Shown: one piece after another, positions 8,345 through 17,854 of the stretch
Layout: each line of letters opens with the position of its first letter
How positions within the stretch are numbered: the stretch's first letter is position 1
IMG/VR virus record: IMGVR_UViG_3300044266_000460
Coordinates: 1-58,380 of that record
Source of the DNA: a virus
Lineage: Duplodnaviria > Caudoviricetes
Strand: one strand, 5' to 3'
DNA: 58,380 nucleotides
Notes under the pieces: model-generated
Databases searched by the model: none
What the model was told of the DNA's origin: nothing
Seen by the model: the letters and a program-made list of their open reading frames with translations, nothing else
Position numbers and translations under genes: made by a program

Positions 8345-9331
8345 TCAGGTATGACCTTCGTCCATGTAGTCCAGGTTGGGTTGATTTTCCCGGGCCTGAT
8401 AACTGGCCTGCATACCACCCCGAGCCGGGGTGCCAGCCATCTCTTCGCCCACTTGGATTTCGCGTCCCGGCGCCAGGGGTCGTTTGCCCTGTTTCTGCTG
8501 GAATTGCTCGAGGTCGGCCAGGGCCTTGACCAAAGCGCGGGTGGCCGAGCTGCCATAGAGATTGTAGTACAGTGAACCGTAATCGCCGGCGCGCAACATC
8601 TGGGCCGAGGACTGGAATTTTTCCGCTAGGTTGCGCACCAGGCTGGCTTCGTTCCAGGTGCCCAAGCCACCTTCGGGTTGTATCTTGAGACCACTGGGAT
8701 CATTGACCAGCCGTGTTTCCAGGGTAGCGGCCCAACCTTGATTTTCATCCACGGGCTGGCGTATGTATTGATCAAATACTTTCTTTACCCAGGGAGCCAT
8801 TTTCGCAGACTGGGGATAGAGTTCCTTTATCAACTTCAACTTGGCCGCATCATCGGAGTTGAGCCAGGTATTGCGTATTTCCGTGGCCGATTGCATGCCG
8901 GCTTTGCCCCCAAATGTCTTGACCGGGAGGTATGCCATGTATCCGTGTTGGGACATGGGCTGTATCTTTTCACCATAGGGTTGCAGATACGCCGGCGATC
9001 CGTCTTTTTTAGAGCCCCCGGGAAATGGTCCTTTTTTCTTGTCTTTGTCGGAGCGCACGAATATCAATTCGGTGTCATCGGGATCGTACTGGCTGGTTAT
9101 TTCATCGGGCTTGAATGTGCTGCGTACCTGGACGAAATGATCTTCGGGGATGCCGGCCAGGCTCGCCAGCTTTTGTTTTATGGCAAAGGGAAACGGACGG
9201 GTCTTGATGTCGTCGGTGGCGGCCACATACACATCTGCACCGGGGAAGGCCCGGAGAGCCGATTGATACAGAGCCAAATGACCCGGATGGAACGGGTGAA
9301 AACCACCCGGCATGATAACCAGTTTTTTCAT
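8345..9331 (-). CDS. Cytidylyltransferase-like (HxGH) nucleotidyltransferase with C-terminal extension
   Basis: PGGFHPFHPGH and SATEIR motifs. Confidence 0.8.
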   Translation of the reverse strand: MKKLVIMPGGFHPFHPGHLALYQSALRAFPGADVYVAATDDIKTRPFPFAIKQKLASLAGIPEDHFVQVRSTFKPDEITSQYDPDDTELIFVRSDKDKKKGPFPGGSKKDGSPAYLQPYGEKIQPMSQHGYMAYLPVKTFGGKAGMQSATEIRNTWLNSDDAAKLKLIKELYPQSAKMAPWVKKVFDQYIRQPVDENQGWAATLETRLVNDPSGLKIQPEGGLGTWNEASLVRNLAEKFQSSAQMLRAGDYGSLYYNLYGSSATRALVKALADLEQFQQKQGKRPLAPGREIQVGEEMAGTPARGGMQASYQARENQPNLDYMDEGHT

Positions 9332-9345
9332 ACTGGTATTTAGCG

Positions 9346-9708
9346 TCAGTAGCTGATAGTCACCGAGTTGATGGTGCCAGCATCAAATGCCAGGATATTG
9401 AGCCGGATCCAGACGAAATTGCCCTGTAGGGTTTCGGGGTGATAATCTGTGGTGGGATGCAGCGGATCACCGTAGGCGCCGATCTCAAACCAGTGTGCGG
9501 TTTCGGCCACGGTGTCCAGCGTGGCTTCGATGCGTATACGACCCACGAAATCCGTGACCCGGAAAGTCAGGGTCTGTAGGCCACCGCGGCCGCGATAGTA
9601 GTTGGCGGCCTGCACGGAGTCTGAATACCAATCCTGGCTAGAACCGTCATAGCGTCCCGAAGGCACACCATGTTCGATGTTGGCCAGTAAGGTTTCGGTG
9701 GTGATCAT
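9346..9708 (-). CDS. Hypothetical beta-rich protein, probably virion-associated
   Basis: In a late (TAAATA) operon; beta-rich composition; GNFVWIR. Confidence 0.6.
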   Translation of the reverse strand: MITTETLLANIEHGVPSGRYDGSSQDWYSDSVQAANYYRGRGGLQTLTFRVTDFVGRIRIEATLDTVAETAHWFEIGAYGDPLHPTTDYHPETLQGNFVWIRLNILAFDAGTINSVTISY

Positions 9709-9869
9709 TCGCCGCGGATGGCTTCTACGACCACGCCGTCGCCCAGCAATTCCTGGGCCACAGCTTCCAGGGACTGCAGGGTTTCCACAGATACTAGATT
9801 CTCGCTGGATTTGTCACGCACCAGCTTGCTGACTCGGATAACGATATTTTCTTCGATGATTTTTGCCAT
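9705..9869 (-). CDS. Small hypothetical protein (54 aa)
   Basis: Manual translation MAKIIEENIVIRVSKLV...; TAAATA 7 nt upstream; ATGA overlap with the next gene. Confidence 0.65.
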   Translation of the reverse strand: MAKIIEENIVIRVSKLVRDKSSENLVSVETLQSLEAVAQELLGDGVVVEAIRGE

Positions 9870-9879
9870 AGTAGTGTAT

Positions 9880-10527
9880 TTAGCCTTTGGCCATTATGGG
9901 CAGGGTTTTGCCCACTATACCGGGCACTATCATATTCAGGAACGCCAGATCACGCGCATCATCGTGATCCACGAAATAGTACTCGCGTATGTAGTTCCAG
10001 GTGTGTTCTGGGTGCAGGATCTTGCGGAATCCCGGACCTATGCGCCAGGGCTGCGAGTTGAGATATTGGGCCAGCTGTTGTTTCTGCTGGGGCGTGACTC
10101 TCTGGGCTCGCATATAGGTACGCAGGCGATGCGGACTCCGGGCCAATACGATGGTATCCGGGGGCAATGCGACCTGGGCCTGTCGCACCTGGACCTCTTG
10201 TACATAGGGCAGATCATAGATCTGTTGGATCAGATCAAGATCGTTGCAGTAGATATAGCCCCAGTGATAGCTGGTGATCTGTTTGTATCGCCATTTCTCC
10301 GACATGGGACGCATGAAGTCGATCCAGGCATGCAGCGCATCTGAGTTTTTGATATCCATATTGGGAGCAAACGTAGATCCTATGGTGCCCCGATAACGAC
10401 GGATAGAATGGTCCAAATGTTCATGGTCCATCTTCCGGGTCATCCAGAGATTCTCCAGCCGGAATCCCATACCATATTCCCAGCGACCATAGTAGAGATC
10501 GCTACGCGGTTCAAGCTTGATGTGCAT
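9880..10527 (-). CDS. Hypothetical protein
   Basis: 215 aa ORF overlapping the end of clpA. Confidence 0.7.
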   Translation of the reverse strand: MHIKLEPRSDLYYGRWEYGMGFRLENLWMTRKMDHEHLDHSIRRYRGTIGSTFAPNMDIKNSDALHAWIDFMRPMSEKWRYKQITSYHWGYIYCNDLDLIQQIYDLPYVQEVQVRQAQVALPPDTIVLARSPHRLRTYMRAQRVTPQQKQQLAQYLNSQPWRIGPGFRKILHPEHTWNYIREYYFVDHDDARDLAFLNMIVPGIVGKTLPIMAKG

Positions 10528-12775
10528 GTGATTTAGCCACTCGTTTGGTTTGTTTGGTCTGGGTCGTGATCAGGATCTGGATCTCGTCACCCAACATGTC
10601 CAGCGCGATGTCGCAGTCCGTGAGCTGGTCGAACAGGATCTTTTTACTCAGCGGTACCCGGATCAGTTCATCAATCTTGCGGTTCAGGGGACGAGCTCCC
10701 ATTTTGCTGTCGTAGCCCTTGAGAGCCAGATGATCCACCACTGATTCTGACAGATTCAAAGTGATGTTCTTGGCGCTGAGGCTCGCTCGCAGTTGATCGA
10801 TAAACTTGACCACGATCTTCTTGATGGCCAGCGTATCCAATTTGGTAAATTTGCAGATCTGGTCGATGCGATTGCGCAGTTCGGGACGGAAGAACTCTCG
10901 CATGGCACGATCTTCTTCGCCAGATTTTTCCAAGCTGGTACCAAATCCGATGTTGTTGTTTTCATTGTCACGCGCACCCAGGTTAGATGTCATGATGATG
11001 ATGGTGTTGCGGCAGCTCACGCGCTTGCCGTTGGCCCCGGAGATGTGACCTTCATCCAGCATTTGCAGCATGATGTTGATGACATCGGGGTGGGCCTTTT
11101 CGATCTCGTCAAACAAGATCACTGAGAAGGGATTTTTGGAGATGTCCGAGATCAGTTTGCCGCCACCCACATTGCCATCTTCGAACCCCACATAGCCCGG
11201 GGGAGCACCAATAAGGCTGCTGACAGTATGGCGCTCTTGATATTCACTCATGTCATAGCGCAGCATCTTCATGTCCAGGTTCTCGGCCAGCAATTTTGCC
11301 AGCTCGGTTTTGCCAGTGCCGGTAGGTCCCAGGAACAGGAAACTGCCCATGGGGCGTGTATCAGATCCTATGCCCGAGAAGTTGATGTAGACACGTTCCA
11401 ACACGCGATCCACGGCCTCATCTTGCCCATAAAGGCGTTGTTTGATATTGTTTTCGAGCTCCACGATCTTGACGCTGCGTTCGTTCTGCAGTCGATCCAT
11501 GGGCACACCTGTGACACGTTCCACCTGTGCTTGGATTAGTTCGCGTGTGATGGTGATGTTGCCGGCATCCTTGACACGTTCACGGGCGCAGGCAGCATCC
11601 AAGAGGTCGATGCTTTTGTCAGGGTTCTTTCTATCATGGATGTAGCGATTGGCGTATTCCACTGCGGCTGTCATGGCCTCGGTGTCGATCAATACATCAT
11701 GGAATTGTTCCAGGCGCGGGCTCAAGCCGATCAAGATCTTTTCGGTAGTCTCAGCATCGGGCTCATCAATGGCCAAGCGATAGAAGCGGCGCATCAGGGC
11801 GCGATCTTTTTCAAAGCTTTCGTAAAACTCTTCCCAGGTGGTACTGGCCACCACTTTGAGCCGACCGCGTGTGATGGCCGGTTTCAACATGTTGGCAAAG
11901 TCCAGGCTTGAGTTATTGCCGGAGCCGGCACCGCGCATGGTATGGGCTTCGTCGATGAACAGGATACATTTCTGTTTGGCTTCCAGGGCCGCTATCACCA
12001 TCTTGAACTTTTCTTCGAACTCGCCGCGATACTTTGATCCCGCCAGCAGCGAACCGATTTCCAGGTTCCAGACCTCGTGTCCTTCCAGGAATTTGGGCAC
12101 ACGTCCGGCATGTATCTCCTGGGCCAGGCCATCAACGATGTGGGTCTTGCCCACGCCGGGATCGCCCACCATGAGCACGTTGCTCTTGAAGCGGCGCGCC
12201 AGCACTGTGATGATCTCTTGCAGCTCGGTCTGGCGCCCGATCATGGGTTCCAGGCGGTTTTCCTGGGCCATGCGGGACATGTTGATGCAGTATTCTTCCA
12301 GGATCTGATCGGCCTGCTCTGTGCTCATACCGGTCTGATCTGTGCGATAAAAACGCTGCCAGTGTTCGGCGAATTCCTGTTTCTTAACTGCATACTTCAG
12401 CAGGAAGTAATGCGCGTGACTATTGGTCTCGTGCATGATGGCCAGATAAATGTCCAGCGTGGTGATTTGTCTGCGCCCGGTAAACATGGCCTGCACATTG
12501 GCGCGATTGAATATGCGATCCAGGCCCTGGGTATGTTTGGGTGTAAGGTCTTCGTCGTCGCTGTGGACGCTCTTGAGACTGGAGAGGTACATGTCGACCT
12601 CGGCATCCAAGTTATCCACTTCGGTGCCAAATTTCTCCAATACGCGCCGGAATGGAGCGTGTCGGATCAGGGCCAGCAACAGGTGCTCGGTCATGACATA
12701 TTGGTGTTTTCGTTCGCGAGCCAGTTTTACCGAGGACTCGACGATGCCTTCGACTTCTGCGTTGTTTGCGTTCAT
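10511..12775 (-). CDS. clpA: ATP-dependent Clp protease ATPase subunit ClpA
   Basis: Clp N domain (EHLLLAL); two AAA+ modules (GDPGVGKT/LFIDEAH and GPTGTGKT/LFDEIEKAH); GAPPGYVG; IGF loop; GARPL. Confidence 0.93.
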   Translation of the reverse strand: MNANNAEVEGIVESSVKLARERKHQYVMTEHLLLALIRHAPFRRVLEKFGTEVDNLDAEVDMYLSSLKSVHSDDEDLTPKHTQGLDRIFNRANVQAMFTGRRQITTLDIYLAIMHETNSHAHYFLLKYAVKKQEFAEHWQRFYRTDQTGMSTEQADQILEEYCINMSRMAQENRLEPMIGRQTELQEIITVLARRFKSNVLMVGDPGVGKTHIVDGLAQEIHAGRVPKFLEGHEVWNLEIGSLLAGSKYRGEFEEKFKMVIAALEAKQKCILFIDEAHTMRGAGSGNNSSLDFANMLKPAITRGRLKVVASTTWEEFYESFEKDRALMRRFYRLAIDEPDAETTEKILIGLSPRLEQFHDVLIDTEAMTAAVEYANRYIHDRKNPDKSIDLLDAACARERVKDAGNITITRELIQAQVERVTGVPMDRLQNERSVKIVELENNIKQRLYGQDEAVDRVLERVYINFSGIGSDTRPMGSFLFLGPTGTGKTELAKLLAENLDMKMLRYDMSEYQERHTVSSLIGAPPGYVGFEDGNVGGGKLISDISKNPFSVILFDEIEKAHPDVINIMLQMLDEGHISGANGKRVSCRNTIIIMTSNLGARDNENNNIGFGTSLEKSGEEDRAMREFFRPELRNRIDQICKFTKLDTLAIKKIVVKFIDQLRASLSAKNITLNLSESVVDHLALKGYDSKMGARPLNRKIDELIRVPLSKKILFDQLTDCDIALDMLGDEIQILITTQTKQTKRVAKSHAHQA

Positions 12776-12804
12776 GTCATGCCTTTTTGTAAAGTAGTTG
12801 GATC

Positions 12805-12833
12805 ATTGTAGCAGGTCTCCATCCAAATCGCAA
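12805..12833 (-). promoter_or_regulatory. sigma70-like promoter of clpA
   Basis: TTGCGA-17-TACAAT. Confidence 0.55.
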
Positions 12834-12846
12834 CAATTTCGGTTAT

Positions 12847-13629
12847 TTACTGCCGATTTTGGGTTATGGCATCTATTATGGGCTGTGGTATATCGCTGGG
12901 TAACACTGCGTCTAATTGTATGAACATGTCGCCTTGATTGCCGGATCGGTTGCGCAGTCCACGGGCCCGCAGACGCATTTTGCTGCCAGGCTGCGTGGCC
13001 GGGGGGATCTTGAGCCGTAGCTCATTGCCCAAAATATCCAGGAACGTGATCTCACCGCCCACGATCAGATCCCAGATCACCACGGATCGATGCGTCAGCA
13101 GATCCAGGCCCGAGCGCACCCATTCGTTATGGGGATTCACGCGGAAGGTCACCACTAGATCTTGTCCGTTGGGTGCTATCCCGGCATAGCGGACGTTTTC
13201 GCCATCATTGATGCCCGGGGGTACATCGATCTCCACGAGACTGCTGCCAGAATTGGTGGCTAGGTTTAGGGTGCGCCGCCCGCCCGAGGCCACGTCCTGG
13301 AGACTGATCCAGACGCTGAGACGCACATGGTTTTGCCGCGGGGGGCCTTGCTGGAAGTTGCCAAATCCACCCTGGCGGAATATTTCGAATATGTCCTGGA
13401 ATCCCCCGGCACCAAAGTTCACGTGGACATTTTGCGGTGCGGGGTTATCATACTGGGCGCGTTTTTGGCCATCGCCCAGGACGTCATAGGCCTGCTGTAT
13501 TTCCTGAAACTTGGCTTGGTCACCACCGCGATCCGGATGATGCTGCATGGCCAAGCGACGGTAGGCGCGTTTGATGTCGGCTTCGGTGGCATCGCGGGCC
13601 ACTCCCAAGATTTGATATAGGTCTTTCAC
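12847..13629 (-). CDS. dnaJ: DnaJ/CbpA-class co-chaperone
   Basis: J-domain with HPD (YRRLAMQHHPDRGG), G/F linker, C-terminal domain, no zinc finger. Confidence 0.9.
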   Translation of the reverse strand: MKDLYQILGVARDATEADIKRAYRRLAMQHHPDRGGDQAKFQEIQQAYDVLGDGQKRAQYDNPAPQNVHVNFGAGGFQDIFEIFRQGGFGNFQQGPPRQNHVRLSVWISLQDVASGGRRTLNLATNSGSSLVEIDVPPGINDGENVRYAGIAPNGQDLVVTFRVNPHNEWVRSGLDLLTHRSVVIWDLIVGGEITFLDILGNELRLKIPPATQPGSKMRLRARGLRNRSGNQGDMFIQLDAVLPSDIPQPIIDAITQNRQ

Positions 13630-13660
13630 CCGTGTAGTTTATTACCTTTGCCGGAAATGG

Positions 13661-14002
13661 TCAAGGTGGTTTGGGCGTAGAATCGGTATTTTGTTCCCGG
13701 GCGTTGAGATATTTGTTCAACAGGGCATTGCCGACCCAGGCCGCCATGTATCCCCCAAAATACCACTCACTGAATCTGGTATCGAGTATGAGATACACGA
13801 ATCCCCAGGTACTGACCAGAAATGCTCCCAGCCGGGTGAACTTGGCTTCATTGATTTGCCCGTTATGGCAGATCAGATCTTTGAGATCCACTTGGTTGTC
13901 TCGATCCCTGTGGAAGTTCCACAAGATCATCAACAGTATGATGATACCGATCACCAACACCATACCCATGCCAAATGGTACTTTTTCAATGTTCCATGTC
14001 AT
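13661..14002 (-). CDS. Small multi-TM membrane protein (holin candidate)
   Basis: About three hydrophobic segments; directly downstream of the spanin pair. Confidence 0.45.
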   Translation of the reverse strand: MTWNIEKVPFGMGMVLVIGIIILLMILWNFHRDRDNQVDLKDLICHNGQINEAKFTRLGAFLVSTWGFVYLILDTRFSEWYFGGYMAAWVGNALLNKYLNAREQNTDSTPKPP

Positions 14003-14394
14003 GGCTTTTCCCGGGCTGGAGTTTCATAATACTTCTTGTACTCGATGATGATGGTGCGCTGGGTGTTCATGAAATTACGTATCTCGGCCATGCTTTGGGC
14101 CAGGCTCATGTAACCATCATCGGTTATGGCGAACAGCACCGGATCCTGGCCACGAGCTTCCAGCTGCTGGAACACCTGTTCGGCATTCTGGGGCGTGACC
14201 ACGATCCACTGTATGGGTTTGAGTCTCAGGGCATCGGGGGTGGGGAGATTCAGTGGCGTCTTGTCTGCGGGTTTGTTGACCACAGTGACGGGCTCGGGGG
14301 TTTTGTTGCCCCAGGGCCACAGTGTGCCGCAGCCTGCGAGACTAGCGACCAGCACTAGGCTGATAGGAAGGGTTAGCCATTGACGGGCATTCAC
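13999..14394 (-). CDS. Lipoprotein, putative o-spanin
   Basis: Lipobox LAGC, Pro-rich periplasmic start, overlaps 3' end of the i-spanin-like gene; GTG start after AGGAG. Confidence 0.65.
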   Translation of the reverse strand: MNARQWLTLPISLVLVASLAGCGTLWPWGNKTPEPVTVVNKPADKTPLNLPTPDALRLKPIQWIVVTPQNAEQVFQQLEARGQDPVLFAITDDGYMSLAQSMAEIRNFMNTQRTIIIEYKKYYETPAREKP

Positions 14395-14839
14395 GATTGA
14401 TCTCCTGGGGTGTTTTGGCGGTCTTTTCAGCATCGGTCAAGGGCGAGCCCGATGCTATCTCCATGCAGCGATAGGCATTTATGGTACCGCGGTTCACAGC
14501 ACGTTCCACGCTCTGTGGTTTGGTCGCTGCGGTGGCACCAAAATCGCGTTGTTCTCCGCGAGCGTTGGTGTTGAAGCGATTACGCAGATCGTCCATGTCA
14601 CGGTTCTGCATGCGTATCACGCCGGCTAGTTCAGCATTGCTTTGTGTGATACGGAGTTGATCGGCCTGTAGCTGGCGTATGGCGTCTTGCTGGGCCTGGA
14701 TGCTTTCTTTGAGGGTTTTTTCATTGTTTTCCCGTATGGCCAGATCGGCTCTGAGGCCGGTTATCCACCAACCCGCGCCAGCGATGATTGCTATGATGAT
14801 CAGAGCCACGATAGCTCTTACGGCAGCACTTATACCCAT
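14342..14839 (-). CDS. Putative i-spanin
   Basis: N-terminal TM, long coiled coil, C-terminal Cys; late promoter upstream. Confidence 0.65.
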   Translation of the reverse strand: MGISAAVRAIVALIIIAIIAGAGWWITGLRADLAIRENNEKTLKESIQAQQDAIRQLQADQLRITQSNAELAGVIRMQNRDMDDLRNRFNTNARGEQRDFGATAATKPQSVERAVNRGTINAYRCMEIASGSPLTDAEKTAKTPQEINRECPSMANPSYQPSAGR

Positions 14840-14854
14840 ATTGGGTATTTATAT

Positions 14855-15535
14855 CTATTTGCCGGCCTGTGCCAGGGCAGCACCGTTATTGAAGCTATTG
14901 CTCCAGCTGTAGGGGCGGCGACGTTTGCGCTTGTACCATTCGTATCCAGCACGGTGTCCCGAACAATCTTGGGTACAGGGCGAGCCCAGGAAGCTGAGTT
15001 CATCTAGCTTGTCGGGCTCGCCTAGCCCTATTTTGCCCGGGTACATGGGGCCATCTTCGACGCGTTCGCCACCGTCAAAATATCGGATTTCTATGGGCAG
15101 GGTTCGCCAACCCAATGCTGCTGCGGCCATGATGCGATGATTACCTTCATTTACCCAGGCTTCGCCATTGTAAGCCACATTGATGAATGGTTCATATTCG
15201 TGTTCTGCACCGGGATCACCGTATGTGGGCAAGTGGCCGTTTGTTTTCATATATTGCATGAGCCATCGCAGACTATCTTTTCTCACGTTCTGCTGTTCAC
15301 CACTCATGCCGGGCAGTTTCGCTAGCAGCTCAACCGGTACTTCTAGACGACCGCGGACGAATGCTGTGGGGGTGCCCATGTAAGGTGCGCCATGTCTATT
15401 GCGACCTTTTTTCTGTGCATATTGTCTTTTACCGGCCAGCCACTCATCACTGGGCACGTCGGTTCGCAGCACAGCATTTTCCAATACTGGATCTGGGTCT
15501 ATCGGATCGTTTTTGAATATTTCACTTAGTAACAT
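14855..15535 (-). CDS. ParB/sulfiredoxin-like domain protein fused to a small Cys domain
   Basis: EPFINV...VNEGNHRIMAAAALG ParB/Srx motif; C-terminal PCTQDCSGHRAGYEW after an LDE linker; start reassigned to MLLSEIF. Confidence 0.65.
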   Translation of the reverse strand: MLLSEIFKNDPIDPDPVLENAVLRTDVPSDEWLAGKRQYAQKKGRNRHGAPYMGTPTAFVRGRLEVPVELLAKLPGMSGEQQNVRKDSLRWLMQYMKTNGHLPTYGDPGAEHEYEPFINVAYNGEAWVNEGNHRIMAAAALGWRTLPIEIRYFDGGERVEDGPMYPGKIGLGEPDKLDELSFLGSPCTQDCSGHRAGYEWYKRKRRRPYSWSNSFNNGAALAQAGK

Positions 15536-16097
15536 CGATGCCGGCAGCGTCCTGGAGATCGCGCATGTCTGATTTGGTCTTGTGGATCTTCTTGGGCGGG
15601 ATACCGGCTGCATCACGCAGATCATTGAGATCGCTGTCTCGGGCCTTGCGATAGGCATCGGGTGTGAGTGGCACCATCTTGGCGAATTCTGCTTCGTCCC
15701 AGTTCTGGGTCTTGCCATCATAGTGCACCAACCATTCATGCGGTTCAAACTCAGTCAGGGTCTCTAGATCGCTCAGCAGTTCTTGCACATGGCTGGGTGC
15801 GGTGCTGCGCCGGCGCATCTCCACGTAGACCAAATACCGGTTGGGTTTGATCTCACCGGGACTGCGGTCAGCGTCCAGGATAAAGTCATAGCCTTTTTCA
15901 AACCAGCCCATGAGATCCTTGGCGGCCTGTTGATCCCGGACGAAAAAGCTCAGGACCAAGATATCTTCGTCATCGCCCATTTTGCTGGAGAATTCATCCA
16001 CGTGGATAGTGGGTTTCATTATGCCCACTAGATCACGATATTCTAGACCCTCAGAAAGGTGTCGGGGCTGGAGTTGGTTGTATTTGCTGTTGTGCAT
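15522..16097 (-). CDS. Hypothetical acidic late protein
   Basis: Start reassigned to MHNSK; LSEG motif near the N-terminus. Confidence 0.65.
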   Translation of the reverse strand: MHNSKYNQLQPRHLSEGLEYRDLVGIMKPTIHVDEFSSKMGDDEDILVLSFFVRDQQAAKDLMGWFEKGYDFILDADRSPGEIKPNRYLVYVEMRRRSTAPSHVQELLSDLETLTEFEPHEWLVHYDGKTQNWDEAEFAKMVPLTPDAYRKARDSDLNDLRDAAGIPPKKIHKTKSDMRDLQDAAGIDVTK

Positions 16098-16659
16098 TTT
16101 GATCCTGCTGTTGTGTTTGGTTGGCCTGTTTGTCGAGATCCTGTTCATAGGCCTGATCCAGATCCTGGAGATCGATCTCTTCACCTTCCATCTCGATGCT
16201 GCCGGTACGTATCTCACTGATCAAACTCTTGGGCATGGTTATGGTCACCAACCATACCGGTCGTTCTATGATGCGGGCAGTCTTGGTGCCGGGTTGATAA
16301 TCCGAAGGATCTGTGATCCTGATGGGAATCTTGATCTTCTTGCGCTGATATTCCACGTGGCAATCAAAGGGCAACAGGCGCCGGGCACCACGTGGGTCGG
16401 GCATGAGTCGCTCGGGCCACATAAAGGTAGCCGCTACTTTGTAGCGTGATATGTCAGGTCCATCTACCAGCTCACCTATGGACCAATTGCGAAAAGCGTA
16501 GATATCCACTTCGTCTAGCACACGCTCGAAATCCAGCAAGGTAGAGAGACTACCGTCGCTCATGTAGATATTACGGATGTTGTCGGCGACTTGCCAATAA
16601 TCCTCGTGATTCTTGAATAGCTCTTTGTCTTGGGTGCCGTGGCTGGTTTGTTTTTCCAT
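16051..16659 (-). CDS. Hypothetical late protein
   Basis: 202 aa ORF, TAAATA 7 nt upstream. Confidence 0.7.
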   Translation of the reverse strand: MEKQTSHGTQDKELFKNHEDYWQVADNIRNIYMSDGSLSTLLDFERVLDEVDIYAFRNWSIGELVDGPDISRYKVAATFMWPERLMPDPRGARRLLPFDCHVEYQRKKIKIPIRITDPSDYQPGTKTARIIERPVWLVTITMPKSLISEIRTGSIEMEGEEIDLQDLDQAYEQDLDKQANQTQQQDQNAQQQIQPTPAPTPF

Positions 16660-16815
16660 GATAATCTATTTAGCTAGAACAGTCCAGATGTGCGAAAGCT
16701 TTTTCTTGGTCGCGATAGATATTTACCTGAATTGGTATCAACACATACGGCTATGATCACTGTCTTGCAGAGCTCTTAAATATTTTACCCAATCTGGGTT
16801 AAAGGAGAAACTAAT

Positions 16816-17553
16816 TTGAGCAGAAATCGAGCTTTGAAATCCAAGAATCGTATGAACCAAGCCTATGTAGAAAATACCATAAATTTTGCCCCGCCCAATG
16901 ATCGGCCACAGCACAAGGTCATAAATCTAGTGCCCCGGAGCCGCAATCAAGAGCACTTGGTATTGGCATTGCTAGACCCCAAAAAACACATAGTAGTAAC
17001 TGTGGGACCTGCTGGCACCGGTAAAACCTACCTGGCCATGCAGGCCGCTGTACGGGCTCTCAGGAACGGCGAATGTGATCGCATAGTCATGACACGCCCA
17101 GCCGTGGGTGTCGAGGACGAACGCCATGGGTTCTTGCCGGGAAATCTAGTGGCCAAGATGGAACCCTGGACACGCCCCTTGCTGGATGTTTTGCGGGAGT
17201 ACTATCGCGCCCAGGACATAGTCCGCATGATCGACGAACAGGTGATCGAAATATCCCCCTTGGCTTACATGCGTGGTCGCACGTTCAAACACAGCTGGGT
17301 CATAGCAGATGAGATGCAGAATGCTACCCCGGCCCAGGTCAAGATGCTGATGACCCGCATAGGACAGGGCAGTCGTATCGTTATCACCGGCGACGTGGAA
17401 CAGGCTGACCGACGCGGTGATCTCAACGGTCTAGCTGACCTGTCTCGTCGACTGGTGGATTCGGCCGTGGAAGGGATCGAACTGGTTGAGCTTTCGACCC
17501 GCGACGTCCAGCGTCATGCCCTGATCACGCCGATACTGGATCTGTACTCGTAG
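16816..17553 (+). CDS. phoH: PhoH-family ATPase
   Basis: GPAGTGKT, TRPAV, GFLPG, AYMRGRTF, DEMQN, TRIG, GDVEQAD. Confidence 0.93.
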   Translation: MSRNRALKSKNRMNQAYVENTINFAPPNDRPQHKVINLVPRSRNQEHLVLALLDPKKHIVVTVGPAGTGKTYLAMQAAVRALRNGECDRIVMTRPAVGVEDERHGFLPGNLVAKMEPWTRPLLDVLREYYRAQDIVRMIDEQVIEISPLAYMRGRTFKHSWVIADEMQNATPAQVKMLMTRIGQGSRIVITGDVEQADRRGDLNGLADLSRRLVDSAVEGIELVELSTRDVQRHALITPILDLYS

Positions 17554-17854
17554 TTTCGGGAACGCCCGCGGCTGCTTCGGCCGCGGGTGTTTCTTTCACG
17601 ATCTCGTAGCCATTTTCACGGAACAGTCGATCAATGATGTTGGCGTAGTGTTGGTGATAGAAGCTCACGATACGGTCAAAGTCCTTGGGGACTGAATTGC
17701 CGTTCATGGATGCTTTCACGACCGTGCGATCTCGAAAGTCCAGGATCACTGACCCCTCTTGGAGGTCCCGGGTACGCAGGCGCTTTTCCAGGGTCAGAGC
17801 TTCGTCCATCTGACCATTGGCTTTGCGGTAGTATTTGAAAATAAGGTATCTCAT
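17525..17854 (-). CDS. Hypothetical protein
   Basis: ATGA-coupled to the clamp loader gene. Confidence 0.7.
   Translation of the reverse strand: MRYLIFKYYRKANGQMDEALTLEKRLRTRDLQEGSVILDFRDRTVVKASMNGNSVPKDFDRIVSFYHQHYANIIDRLFRENGYEIVKETPAAEAAAGVPETTSTDPVSA
17562..17596 (+). terminator. Intrinsic terminator after phoH, embedded in the convergent CDS
   Basis: ACGCCCGCGGCTG-CTT-CGGCCGCGGGTGT stem followed by TTCTTT. Confidence 0.55.
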
